Of a stretch of 64,000 nt of DNA, positions 25,749 through 38,117 are shown piece by piece. The stretch covers positions 992,001-1,056,000 of the forward strand of contig RSEE01000006.1 of assembly GCA_003971905.1 (NCBI GenBank). The letters are read 5' to 3'. The notes under the pieces are model-generated. The model did not search any database, was not told where the DNA came from, and saw only the letters and a program-made list of their open reading frames with translations. This DNA is from Moniliella sp. 'wahieum' (Eukaryota). Each line of letters opens with the position of its first letter. The stretch's first letter is position 1. Position numbers and translations under genes: made by a program.

Positions 25749-28363
25749 TTACCACAACCGAGAGCGGACCATGGTGTACCTTCCAATCTCCAACAAATCC
25801 GGCGTGCGTTTCTTGCCGCCGGCGTCCTTGGGGTTGGGTGCACCGCCATGCAGCGACGGGGCCGGCGCATTGTCCCCCGCCCGATCGAGGAGGGTGCGCG
25901 TCGTCTGTTCGTACTGCACTTCGCGCGGGTGCATCCCAATCGGTGGCGGGCACGACCGTTGGCCTGTTCTTCGCCCGCTCGCGCATCGGCCGTGGCCCAG
26001 CGATGTTCGGCGTAGGACACGAGGTTCATCCCAATCACCACCTTGATCCCCACCAAGCTGCATCTCCACGTTAATACCAAAACCAATGCACACATAATTC
26101 TCACATCCACAGTGAAAGCGAAAGCGGGGGGGGGGGACGTACAAGGCCCAGGCAACCAGGGCAGTGAGCAGCGCCGCGGTCCAGGTAGTTATGGCGGCCA
26201 ATACGGGGGCGATGGTACGAGTCCAGACGCCCGACGCGGTGGTCAAGTGGTCGACGGGGATAGCAGGAGGGGACGCTTCAAAGATATCGTCAAACGATTC
26301 CGTCCCGGCACGCAGCATGCCAGCAATCTGAATCATAACCTGGATCAAGAGACAGGCGAGCGGGAGGGGCGCAAAGCCCAGTCGGCGACTGACGATCGGC
26401 GCTTGGTCCACAAACGTGCTCCGGTGCGGCGGTTGGGACGAGGCCGGCTCGGTGTTGTCCGAAGGCGAAGGCGGTGGGTCCATGGCAGCGGGGGAACCCA
26501 TCAGCAGATCCCGACAGAGTACGTCGATGAACCGGCCATAGATGCCAGGACGAATGTGGTTGAATTTGGTGATAAATGCATGTTTGAGCCAGTCGACAAA
26601 CACTTCGCTCGTCAGCACCACCGCGGCGGGGAAGAGGGTGCGTTCCAATACCGTGTACGATGGCAGGAGGCGGAAGAGTGGGGCAAACCAGTGACCTTGT
26701 CCGGTCGAGGGTGGGAGAGCGCATCGGCACCATGAAAGCCAGCCACCTCGACCAAGTTGCGGATGGCAATGAAGCAGACCATCAGAAAGAGCTGGAAGCG
26801 CTCCACAATGTCGGCACAGGTCACTTGGAACAGATTCTCCTTCTCAAACTTTTTAAACACCGAGCCTTTGATCTCGACAAACTGGTTGCTGATCAGGAGC
26901 GACATGAGGCTGTGGTCATAGGAGTTGATGGCAACGTTGAGCGCACCATCTGGTAGGAAAGTACCAGAGTGTGTACGATGATGTACCCAAGAGACAGTAG
27001 GAACAACCCCCGGCCCGCAGGTAGGGCAACGACCCATCTTCTCGCCGCACCAACGTCGAGCGCGAAAACAACGAGTCCAACACATCCTGCCCTATCGAGC
27101 AGCAGAGCCGATCGGCAATCTCGAGGACATTGAAGATGACATAGAGTTTGATCAGGTCCTGTCCACGTACCGAGTGGTACATCTTGCCCGCGTCATTCCA
27201 ATTGGAGTGCGCGAGAAGGGTACAGGCCAAGACGAGGAGGAGCAACTTGATCATATCGCACTTTTGCGACGCGCTCAGGCGCATCTTTTCTGCCCCCTTG
27301 ACACCCCGCAGGCGCGCGCCGCAGTTCCTCACGGCATGTACAAGCGCAATCCCAAACCGGAGCGGATTGATAGTGAAGGCATATAAGAACGCATCAAAGC
27401 ACGTCACAAAACCAAACACGATCACCTCCTCCACCCGAAAGGGCACTGCCATAAAGTTGCTCACCCGTTCCAGTTTGAGCTCTTGGGCCGCATCGTAATC
27501 CGTCGCATACAACTCCTCCTTGAGATAGTCCCAGATACTAAAAGGCCGTGAGGGACTGGAGGGACGATCGTCGTGGTTGCCTCTGCGCTTCTTAGTCCGC
27601 GTCTCGAGCGGCGGCAGCAACCGTTTCTCCCCCGCCGGCGTGAGAGGCGAACCAGGGGACATGGCAGGGGCCGATAGGTTCATGTCCGCCTCCAGCCCTG
27701 TGTCCCCGAGCGAAAGTTCCGCCAACGCTGGTTCGGGCCGCAATGTCCCTCCGGTCGTGGTGGGAGTGCGTGCTGGGGGAGCGGGTGTGGGTCGAAGCAA
27801 GGTCGCTGGTCAAGGGCGGGGAAGGGGGCACTCGGTCTTGCGTGAGTACGAGGCGGAGCGGGAATGGTAGCGCACATGAGGCAGCGAAAGCGAGTGAGCA
27901 TGGGGGGCGTCGGAGCGGGCACTGGGCAAGCGAGACCCCACAGAATTCTTTCGGCTCGCCTCGGTGGGCGGATGGAGAAAAGCAGCGGCGCCAAGCTCGA
28001 CTGCTTCGGCGCCGGGCTTGGGGGTGGGCTGGGTCCTCCAGCCCCGATTCGAGGTCCCGCCGCTCGACCAAATCGGTTGATCGGCGCACTTCGCCACTGC
28101 GCCTGCTCTTTCTCGCTACCCCTGCGTGCAGCGGGGCGGGAGGCGTCCTCATCGGAACTCGCATCCTCCCACATGTCTCTACTCTGAGCGCCGGTCTGCG
28201 CCGCCCTTCTGACGGCGGAGGCGGGGGCTGGGGTTGGGGCTGGGGCTGGGGCTGAGGAAAGACTGAGGCGGAGGGACCAGGAGCTGTTGCCGCTGGTTGA
28301 GGCGCCGGGGGGAAGAGGCGGCCCGGAGGCGGTGGGTGGAGGCAGTGGGGACGGGGATGGCAT
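25749..28363 (-). CDS. EMP65: ER membrane protein Emp65/TAPT1 (DUF747)
   Basis: WDYLKEEL..QELKLERVSNF, GQDLIKLYVIFNVLEIADRLCCSIGQDVLD, LNVAINSYDHSLMSLLISNQFVEIKGSVFKKFEKENLFQ, VDWLKHAFITKFN, ends IGRYTMVRSRLW*; intron near 26068-26141. Confidence 0.92.
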
Positions 28364-28520
28364 GGCAGGGATGTGACGGTGGCGGTGGCGGTGGTGTTGG
28401 TGTTGGTACTGGTGGCGGTGGTGGGCGCGGCGGTTGCAGGGGAATGGATTGGGCAGACAGCCTGGTGCCTGGCAGGCAGCATGCTGGTGCTGTGACATCC
28501 CTCTCGCATCACAGCATCCA

Positions 28521-28603
28521 GGGCGGATAGCTCAGTTGGTAGAGCGCACGCTTCGCATGTTAATGCCTGTGTGAGGTCTGGGGTTCGATTCCCTATTCGT
28601 CCA
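28521..28603 (+). tRNA. tRNA-Ala(CGC) with a 10-nt intron (28558-28567)
   Basis: Acceptor GGGCGGA/TTCGTCC with G3:U70, D arm GCTC/GAGC, anticodon stem CACGC/GTGTG, anticodon CGC at 28554-28556, T loop TTCGATT, discriminator A, T-runs downstream. Confidence 0.95.
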
Positions 28604-28783
28604 AATCTTTTGCAGCCCAACTGGATTTTTTTTCCTGTGTGGGCGGGCGAGATGCCACGCGACGCGAAGTTCGGCGCGCGTCGCTTCGGCTTGCCTCTGC
28701 CCCCCCACCGCCGATGGAGCAGCAGCGACACCGCCTCCACATGGCTGCCCGCCGCCCCGGGCCATTGCCTCGGCCCCAGGGAC

Positions 28784-30956
28784 ATGTCCTCGCCGCCACC
28801 CAGCAAGAAACCCCGCCCGCCTCCCCGCGCCGCTCGCCCAGCGCCGCCCGCCACGCGCTCGCTCCAGCACGGCACAGCCCTTCGCCCCCTCCTCTCTCCC
28901 CGGCGTGCGTCGTGGGACAGAGACGAAGGACGCTGCGCGTCCGGCCAAAGGGAAAGGAGACGGAAAAGGCGTGTACGCGCTCATGTGCTCCCCCCACCCG
29001 CAGATTCCGACTCGGATTTGGAGATTGGTCCGGCCCCCGTGCCCGACAAGGCCCAGACCAAGACCAAAACCAAGGCCAAAGGCATCTTTCTCGGTTGGGT
29101 GCGCACACGACCGAGGCGGGCCGCTTTCGTTGTTTGGAACCAAGGTGCCGCACGAATTGGAGCTGACCGCGAGTCCGCTGCGCAAAACTAAACGTCGGTC
29201 GCGCTCCCCACCCAGGGGCAACGACCCGCACTTCTCTCACCTTGCCGCCCCTCCTCACCTTTTCGATCTGTTTCCTCCTGCTCTGTATCTTCGGACGAAG
29301 AAGGGAGCAAGGAAAGGAGCGGATGGATGCGTACGCGTCGACTTGCCCACAACAAGGAGCTGCACGAACCTGATTCATCCTTCTCGGCCAGCCCAAGGTC
29401 GCAGCCGCTGTCGCCCCCCCTCCTCACCTCGCCCATTGCTCCTGGCCTCGATTCCGACGACAAGGTCGCCCAGTCTTCCTTTCAGGAAGGAGATCGTTCT
29501 TTCTCAACACAAACCCGCGCGACCGCGACGGCCCCGTGCTCAGCTCAAAAAAATTCAAATCAAGCAGTACGACGACCTGGCCGGACGGGGGGAAGAGATG
29601 GCATCGCAGAATGGGTCCGAGCCGTGCCTATCGGATCATGCGGCCTCGCACGCGCACGGGATCGCAACCGGCATCCCGATCCGCGTCGCAACCTACGCCG
29701 GACCCAGGCTCTACGCTAGCCCCATCCTCTTCTCCGGGAACCAAGGGTAGTGGGTCCCAACCCGACCGGGTGCGACCACGACGGCACCAACCGCAACTCA
29801 AGAAGATTCAAATCAAAGAGAGCGTGCAAGAGTTTATGGACGAGGTGGGCCGGGCCGGGGTGTATCCCCAAGGCCCATCGCACTCCCCTTGTCGCCCAGC
29901 AAGACAAGGGCGCATCCGGAGGCGCTCGATGCCGAGACTGATGCGCCCGAAGGCGCCGAGGTACCTACCTTGGTCGCTGATTTGGCAGTGTGTCCCTTTG
30001 CTCTCATCCTTTGCCCGAACGCCCGACGCGTGGGCTGCAACACTGTTGCAGCCCCTGTTGGACCAGTACCATCGCACTGGCGGCTTTGTCCGAGGCCAAC
30101 AGACGATCGGTGTCTGCCTGCGGCACGAGGACGAACGGAAGACGGTACCACGTGGGCTGGACCAAGGTGGCCCACCACGCTGGATACCCAAGCGTTGGTC
30201 CAGCGGGTCCAATCGGTTCATTGGGCGTACTTGCTCCAAGTGCTGCAAACGCCTTTGATCAGCACATTTTTCCGTGCGCATACAGAGCGGATCAAAGCGC
30301 TGGGATCGCGCGCGTTTAGTGCGACGGGGCAGATGGATGCAGCGGCGGACCAACGTGCCGGGTACTACGGCGAACGTGGATGGGAAAGCTTGCTCACGCT
30401 ATGTTTGGTGGAGTTTCTCCCGTCTGCCTCGACGCGCAAGAAACCGACGCTCGAACACTTTCCCGGCGAGACGGACGACGAGGACGAAGACCAAGGGGCG
30501 ACGAAACCGGTGGTGGACGCCAAGCGGATCGCGCCATTGACACCAACGTTGTTTATTCACTCGGTGTTGATGCCCGAGCTGATTGTCAGTCTGTTGCAGG
30601 AAGACTTGCGCCAGCGCGGCCGCACCGGTTCGGTAGAGGAGGCGATTGCGTTGAGGGACGAGAGTACGCGGTATGGTGCGGCCCTGTTTCCTGTCGACGA
30701 TAAGATGGCGATTGATCCCGACGCCGTTGATCGCTTGCGCCGCGGTCTGTCCGAGGCTGCCCGACAAGAGTGCAGGACGGATGGGCTCGGTTGTTGCCCT
30801 CGCAACGGCCAACCAAGGCAGGTCCCAAAGCCCGTTCACCCTCTGCTCCCATCCTGCCGTTCAGCGCAAACCAAGTACCAAGGCGATCAAAGGCCGGACC
30901 TCTGGCGGTGCGCCGCAGACCACACTCAATTTATGTTACAACAACGACAGCACTGA
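28784..30956 (+). CDS. RTC4-like C-terminal domain protein
   Basis: AGYYGERG..IAPLTPTLFIHSVLMPELIVSLLQEDL..EAIALRDESTRYGAALFP is the RTC4 pattern; long low-complexity N-terminus; ends approximate. Confidence 0.75.
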
Positions 30957-31422
30957 TCCTCCCCCATTTTCCCCTCTTCTTTTCTTCATGCATGTTTTGG
31001 CGCGCAGGACAGTGGGTGGTAGCAGGGGGGCATAGATTAGGCAAAGCAACGGGGTACTACAGCGGAGCAAATGAGGGGGGCAAATGTCAATAATAGCGCG
31101 AGGGCCGTTGATGCAACGGGCCATACGAGGCAAAAGCAGGAGATGGGCGGGCGGGGCGGGCGCTGATGGCCATACTTGGTTGAACAGAGACAACCGAGTT
31201 GCCTTGGGAGCTGCCAGCTGTGCTGGGGGAAACGGATTGGGCAAGTCGAGTGCCGACGCTGCTCGCGCCGCGCGCTCGGGCCCGACGCTCCCGCTAGGCC
31301 GGGCCCCGACCAGATCTTGGCCCTGCCTCGGACCGGGACGAGATGGCCTTGCCCGGCTCCGGAGGTTTGCGGGGGACGGGGTCGTGCCGGCGTGCCGGCT
31401 TGGGCTCGCGGTTGCCCCGCCG

Positions 31423-32888
31423 CTAGGGAGCGGACAAGCGAAGGTGGCGACGCCTGCGGTGGCTCTGACACGGTCGTCCGTCCGCCCCGCACCAGCGGGG
31501 GCGTGGGGTAGGCCGGCGCGGTAGCACGGGACAATTTGGTGCCCAGCTGGGACGGGACGTAGGGTGACGAGGCAGGGTGCGATGGAGAGCTATGTCCGGG
31601 CAGCGGAGCAGGGTGTACTCGGGATGCGAATGCGTCGGTCCCAGCAGGCCGGCCGCTGGGAAGCCGGAGGGCGAAGGGCCGGTGCGTGAGACAGTACGAG
31701 GAGAGGGGGCGTCCATGCGCGACGAGACGGTGCGGCGGGAAGCGGTGCCGAGGCGGGAGCCAATGCCCATTCGGGAAGTGGAGTGGCCCACGGGGAGGAT
31801 GGGCCGGTGCGGGATGAAGTGCCCATGCGGGAAAAGGCCGGGCGAGAGGCAGTGCCAGCACTGGACTCCCAGGTGGACAGGGGCGCGACTTGCGAGTCGG
31901 CGGTTTCGGGCTTGGGCTCGATATGGGCTAGGTGCATGTTGCCATCGTGGTAGGCGACCTGGCGCAACGGGCTCGAGGTGGTCGGTGCGAAAGGTAACTG
32001 GACGGATGGGAGGGCTGGGAGGGCTGAGACGGTTGGGAAGACGGAGCGCCCAGTCCCGAGGAAGCGATCCCGACCGACGCCCATCGTGCATCGCACCGAG
32101 GGAGGAAGGCAAGTGGGGGGTGGGGGGAAGCGTCTGTTCGCTCCTCGCGGGGGGCAACCTGAGGCACAGCGAGGCGTTGGTCGATACCGACGAGGAGAAG
32201 GAGCTTGGCAGAGCCGATGGCGGTGGTTCCATCTGGGCCCCAACGCCGGCCATGCTGACGGTCCGGGGGGCGCGGTCGTTAGCATAGGCCTGGACGCGCT
32301 CTTCCCACACTGCTTCCCCCCTCTTGGACTGGTCCGTCCCCTTGCCACTTGCGCTCACACTTCCGGTGCCGTGCCACGGGTGTGGACGACTTCTGCTCCG
32401 ACTGGGTGCGCAGCGCCTCCGATCCGGGCCGGTCCGAAGGGCGGGCAGGAGGCGGCTGGGAGGCAGAACGGGACGAAGTTCGGGGAGGTAGGTAAACGTG
32501 TCGGTGGACAAGTCCGCCGCACCTCCACGGCTCATCACCTCACCCTCGCCGAGTAGCGCATGGCGCAGCTCGCGCTCGTACGTACGGGTCCTGGGCTGCT
32601 CCTGCATTTCCGGCCGCGCAGCACGAGGGAAGGCCCGGAAAAGTGGTGCGGCCCTGGCCCAGAGGCGGGATGCCTGGGGCTCGGCATCCGGGATGGGGAG
32701 GTGGCGCTTGGACCGGCGGCGGTAGACGAGCAAGCCGACGCCAGCGCCGACGAGAAGGAGGAGGACGACGATGAGGCGCCCAGGCAGGGTTGAAGCTGGG
32801 CTTGCTGGGCTTGTTGGCGTCGGAGGATGGGGCGGCGGGCGCGCCCGGGGGCGAGCACGGCGTCGGCCAGGAGGGGCGGAGGGTTCAT
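31423..32888 (-). CDS. Hypothetical single-pass membrane protein
   Basis: LIVVLLLLVGAGVGLLVY followed by RRRSKR, then a Pro/Ser/Arg-rich tail; ends uncertain. Confidence 0.45.
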
Positions 32889-35113
32889 GCCCAGCGGGGG
32901 CGGAGCGGGGGTGGGAGGGAAGACGGTGTGGGGACGGGCGGGCGGGGATGCGCAGCCGGTGGGCGGTGCATGTTGAGCTACGTTCTTTGTCGCCGCCAGC
33001 AGCCATGTCTCGGCGCCCCAGGCGGCGCTGGGGGGCAGTGTGTGCGGGGCAACCCTACTCGCGCTCTCTTTTGTCTCTCTCGGCCTCGCGCGGCATGGCG
33101 CCTGTGGGGGAAGCTGAAAGGGTCCAGATGGGCTCAGTGCCAGCTGTGATATTGTAATAGCCGATCCATCCATCGTCGATCATCGATCATCGACCATCGA
33201 CCCATGGCACAGCACTGCTTCTCAGCACGTCTCTCCCCCTCATTTCCCAACATGGTTGGAAACACGCCACCCATTCTTTGTTCGTGAGTTCCTGGAGACA
33301 TGGTCCGCCTCTCCATCCTGAAACCATCCGATGCCCCGAGTCCTATCACCGGGAGTCCATACCTTCGGTTCCTCCATCCCTTCAGCTGTGGAGAATCAGC
33401 TCTGGGATTGCACATCGTGGCGTCTCTTCATTGCTTGCGGTTAACAACATGTGTCCCAACTTGAACGATGTCATCTATCGTTTGCACTGGCCATGAAAGA
33501 GACACGGCTTGCTAGAGTATGGATGGAGGCCAACCCAAACTTGGTTCTCGCCAGCTATGCGCTTGGGCCCACATCAGACAGGACGATTGCCTATATTCGC
33601 GTGGAGTTGAACTTCAACGCACAGCTGTGGAGTGCACCCGCCAACGGCGCACATAGCATCCGTCGCACTCTCCGTCGAGTCTCGCGACTATTGTGCTCTG
33701 GCGCCCAATCCCCACCTCGTGGAATATAAGCGTATCGTTCCATCACGTTGAGCTCTTCTTTCAGCGTGTGGGGGCCCCTTGGACTGCGGCATGTGTAGAA
33801 CTGTTGATCGAGTAATATTTGACATCTCCACTGACGATGGCCCCATGAATGTGGGGCAATAGTACGAACGAAGAGCGACATTGTAGCAGGAGTCGATGAA
33901 ATACAGGCGTGTATGAGCGTATGCGCGTATCTTAAAAGGTTTGCGTGCTTTCAAGGGGGTCCACTTCACCGTACACTCGATGAACAGTAGGCGAAGAGAG
34001 CGTCGCTCTCCACTGCAACCCACCTACCTCTTCTCTTTTCAATCAGCATACGTAGCCGTGCCTTGGGTCGGGGTGCAGCCGCGACACAGCAAGGCCCTCT
34101 GCGGATGAGAGGCCGTCAGTTACGATATTGCCACCACACTGGAGCATGGCCTGTCACGGCCGGAGCAGGTGATGTCCAACCCTTCCTTCTGTAACTTTTG
34201 TCCTCCTGGTTCCTCACGTGCATGCCCAGGACCACCCAACGACACTTCACTAATTCTGCTGATACCGTGGTGGCGCGTGTGGGTGCGCGATACAGAACGA
34301 CCTACTCTACATAGTAGCTCTCCCGACCTTGTTGCAGAGTCTGACGAAGGCAAGATTGTCAGGTGGGCAAATTGTGCTCTGAAAACTTGCGCCTTATTGG
34401 CCAGGTGCACAGGTATAAGCTGTCCTTACTACAGCTACCACAACCGTCTACAGAGCACCTACTACTACCACTACATGCAGCCTCTGGCAGCCAACACGGG
34501 TTGAAGGTGGGAAAAGACAAGGACAAGGAAGATCAAGTTGGAATCCATAGACAATGAGACCCGGAACAAGCAAACAGTAGGCAGGACCTTGGCAAGGACA
34601 ATAAAACCGGACCGAGGGCCGCGGGTAGCAAAACATGGGCACATGAAGTGGATGGAACCGGTAGCAGATTGGACAAAAGTGGGCAAACCCGTCGGGGCCA
34701 ATGGGCGGGACAAAATCTGAGAAAGAGAGAAATGGCACAGCGTACTCAAAACGAAGATATGCAGAAGTAAGAACAGAGATAGAGATGCGGGCGGAAGCTT
34801 GGATGAGGTCAAGAGGGCCAAAGTGCCAGCCAAGATCAAACATGAGCGATGGTCACCGAAGGAAGAGAGAGACAAACAGCGAAGCGGAGGAAAAAGAAAC
34901 TTGAAGGCCCAGACGAAAGTGCTGGTGCAGGCAGGGCGGCCGGGGCAGGGAGGGGCAAGGCAGGTGCAGGGCGGGACAGGGAAGGCACAAGATTCCGCAG
35001 TGGTAAACAATCACGAGAAAAAAAAAAAAACAGAAGCATAAGGGCTGAGTGGGTTTTGTGGCAGAAACAAGCTCACGGGTAAATGTACAGTGGCGAGCAG
35101 GGCTCGGACGAGG

Positions 35114-36160
35114 TCAGGGCAGGCGAGTCGGAGAGGGGGAGGGAAGGGGAGGAAAGGGAGGAGAGGCTGCATGAGCCAGAGAGGAGCGGAGGCACTTCCT
35201 CTTCTTCTCCTGCCACGAAGGCCGGGCAGGGCGACGGAGCGAGGTCAGGACGTCAAGGAGCAGGGGCAGATGGCCCGCCAAGTCGGGAAGGCTGTGTGCC
35301 ATCTCCTCCACCTGGTCGAGGAATCCATCCCATTCCTCCGGGCGCGGGAGAAGGTCGTACTGCATCAGTTTCAGCGCCGTGCGTTCCAATTGCGCCAACT
35401 CCATCTTCATCCCCACCTCTTCCCACGTCTTGGTGTGAAAGGGGTGGTCATCCAGCACCTTATTGGCCAATGTCAGGCCCACGAGGAAGAGGCGGTAGGG
35501 CGTCGCACCCGGTACAAGGAAGCGAGAGGAAAATTCGTCTTTGGAACAGGATCGTATCGCCTCCGTCTCGCCGTCGGTTGGCGATCCGGATCGGACTCGG
35601 GAGTGGCAGGGCAGGAGAGGAGGTGGAGCCACTTGGCACCGTAAAAAAGAGGGCAAGGAAGAGGGTATTGGGGGTGACGGTAGGCTGTGCCAGTACCTTG
35701 GCGACAAAGGCGGTGAAGTGGTGCTCTCAGCGGCATGACGTTGGTCCATCTCACACAGTGAGGCAGACACCTTGGCCTGGGCTTGGGATACAGCCTCCGT
35801 CTCGAGGGAGGGGAAAGATGGAGGACACCTGGGACACGAACTGACCTCTGGGCGGATCGGCGTTGGATCTGCTGGCTGAGGCGGAGGAAGAGGGCACTGG
35901 CAGGCCAGGAGATGCTGGGCGGGCGAGGCCGGGGGCGGGGGTGGTGGGGCAGGCACGAGGCTGGACCAGGCATAGGCGGGGACAGCGGGGTAGGCATAGG
36001 CCGGATAGTAGGGGAAGGGGGGGTTGGGGGGATAGGCCGGGTAGGTCGGATAAGCGGGATAGGCGGGATAGGAGGGATAGGTGCGGTAGGCAGAGTAGGC
36101 CATGTAGCCCGGGTAGCCCAGAGGGCATGGGTAGGAGGGGTAGTAGTACCCCACGCTCAT
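35114..36160 (-). CDS. Pcl/Pho80/Clg1-family cyclin
   Basis: YRLFLVGLTLANKVLDDHPFHTKTWEEVGMKMELAQLERTALKLMQYDL cyclin-box motif; N-terminal YPAYP repeats. Confidence 0.8.
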   Translation of the reverse strand: MSVGYYYPSYPCPLGYPGYMAYSAYRTYPSYPAYPAYPTYPAYPPNPPFPYYPAYAYPAVPAYAWSSLVPAPPPPPPASPAQHLLACQCPLPPPQPADPTPIRPEVSSCPRCPPSFPSLETEAVSQAQAKVSASLCEMDQRHAAESTTSPPLSPRYWHSLPSPPIPSSLPSFLRCQVAPPPLLPCHSRVRSGSPTDGETEAIRSCSKDEFSSRFLVPGATPYRLFLVGLTLANKVLDDHPFHTKTWEEVGMKMELAQLERTALKLMQYDLLPRPEEWDGFLDQVEEMAHSLPDLAGHLPLLLDVLTSLRRPARPSWQEKKRKCLRSSLAHAASPPFPPLPSPSPTRLP

Positions 36161-36235
36161 CCCGCCCGGGCGGTCGCAGTGGCAGGGGTGCTGGAGCTGG
36201 CGCGGGCCGCCGCCGGAAGGATTGGGGGGTGGGGG

Positions 36236-36410
36236 GGATGGGAAGGATGAGAGGAATGAGAGAGATGAGAGGGATGGGAGGGATGAGAGGAATGAGATCT
36301 GAGAGGGATGGGAGAGATGAGAGGGATGAGATAAGGATGGGAAGGATGGGAAGAACGAGAAGGATGGGAAGAACGAGAAGGATGGGAAGAACGGGAAGAA
36401 TGGGAAGGAC
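36236..36410. repeat. Purine-rich 9-bp-period tandem repeat (GGATGGGAA / GGATGAGAG variants)
   Basis: About 19 degenerate units immediately upstream of the cyclin ATG. Confidence 0.8.
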
Positions 36411-36728
36411 GTGAGGGGCAGGAGTGTTGGGGTTGTTTCGGGTGGGGGAGGCAAGACAGGCGAGTAGGGTCTGGCCGGGTGCGGGTTGTGAGACTGGGAG
36501 GGCAGATTTCACACACACGCCTGCCTCCTGCCGCGGCGTGCCTGGAGAAGACTGTGAAAAAAAACGGCGAGGCACAAAGTTTCAAGCGCCCGCGTGCGCC
36601 AGAGGGCACCGTGCCAGGAACGAACGAACAACAGCACCACACTGCCCCCGCGCTCCTGCTCCACCCGGCACCCGCCGGCACCCGACGACACTCGGCCGCT
36701 GCGGTCCCTGGGGTTCCCCTGTTTCTGG

Positions 36729-36927
36729 CACGTGTCGGCATGCAACGTTCAAATTGCAACTAGTTAGCAGCTGGCCTCTTGCAACCAGCCCACCCTTTGG
36801 CCTTCCGCGTCACGTGAATCACGTGACCCTCCAGGTCCGCTCCCCGATCCCACCACTCATATTCAACTTTCAACGTCCAACTTAACCATTCAACATTCAA
36901 CATTCAAATCGCCGCAGCCTGCACGTG
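36729..36927. promoter_or_regulatory. Cluster of four CACGTG E-boxes upstream of the cyclin
   Basis: CACGTG at 36729, 36811, 36820 and 36922; function inferred. Confidence 0.45.
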
Positions 36928-36931
36928 AGCC

Positions 36932-38117
36932 TCACAGGGGATGCATGATGTCACATGCCCTCCGCGTGGCTAGCGCAACCGAGACGACCTCCGACGGCCG
37001 GGGGCGAGGGCGGGGCAGGGCGTTGGCCTCTGCGCTCGTGCGTGACGTCCGCTGTCTCTTGGACGCTCGCGGCGCCGCACTTTCTTTCTCGCCTCCGTCA
37101 ACGTCCGCGTCGGCGTCGACGCCGGAACCACGGCGGGTGGGCAGCGAGCGGCGGGGACGTTGCGTGCCCGTCGGTGGGCTGGATGCACCAGAGATAGACG
37201 CGTCGGTGGGCAGAGGTGCAGGCTCTGCATTTGCTTTCTCGGGAGCAAGAGGTGGATCGGCGGGTAGATCGGGCGACGGTTGTGGATCCTCCTTCGTCTC
37301 CTCCATCGCCTCGTGCGGTTGTACCGGCGCAGGCGTGCCATCGGCTCCTGGCAGGCCTTCCTCCGTACCTGAGGCGGGCGGGGAATCACCTGGGGCAACT
37401 GCATCGTGCATTTGCGCATCGGGCGCATCAGCCGTCACGGGTGCAGACGGCTGGGCACGGGATGCATCCATCGAGACATCATTGACCTTCTTGTTTGGGT
37501 CGGCGTCGCTTGACTTTCGTTCCGTCGTTTTGGAAAGGGACGGGGCAGGGCTCGTCTGTGGGGCAGAGGTCAGACCCGGCAGTTCTTCTCCCACCATGTC
37601 CACAGGGTCATGATCTTCCTTTGTCGCTGGTTCCACACCTTGATCCGACGGCTGGTCTAGGTTCTGGTACCTCGGTTTCCTGCCCCCCCTTTTCCCAACC
37701 TTGCGGAACGTACTTTGTGAAGCGATGCGCGTGCACGGCTACGTGCCCACTCTGTGTCCGGCAGCATCTGGCGCAACTTGGGGGTGGTGAAGACTTTGGT
37801 TTCGCCGGCCTCGATTGAGGTGCGGAAGAGTTGGTTTTTGATGCCGGAGAGGATGCCCTCGTTGATCAGGCACGCTGCCTCGTCGCCCTCGGTAGGCTTT
37901 CTTCCTTTCTTCTTCTCCCCGGCGCGCTGCTCCACGGATAGCGGGCCAGCACATACGCCCGGATCTCGCGGCTGCTCACACCACGCGCAATTGTCTCCCG
38001 GCTCTGGCTCAGCGCGCCCGTGACGAGGCACAGACCCGAGGGCCTCGTGGCTCGGACCATAGAAGGGCGCCAGGGGGGCGGGCGCGTCGGGGGCGGGCGA
38101 AGCGCGGGGCGCGACAT
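36932..38117 (-). CDS. Hypothetical protein (CxxC motif, acidic/Pro-rich tail, basic NLS-like end)
   Basis: Overlapping long ORFs 37657-38196 and 36932-37636; DNCAWCEQP, KKKGRKP, SKRQRTSR; no family recognised. Confidence 0.5.
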
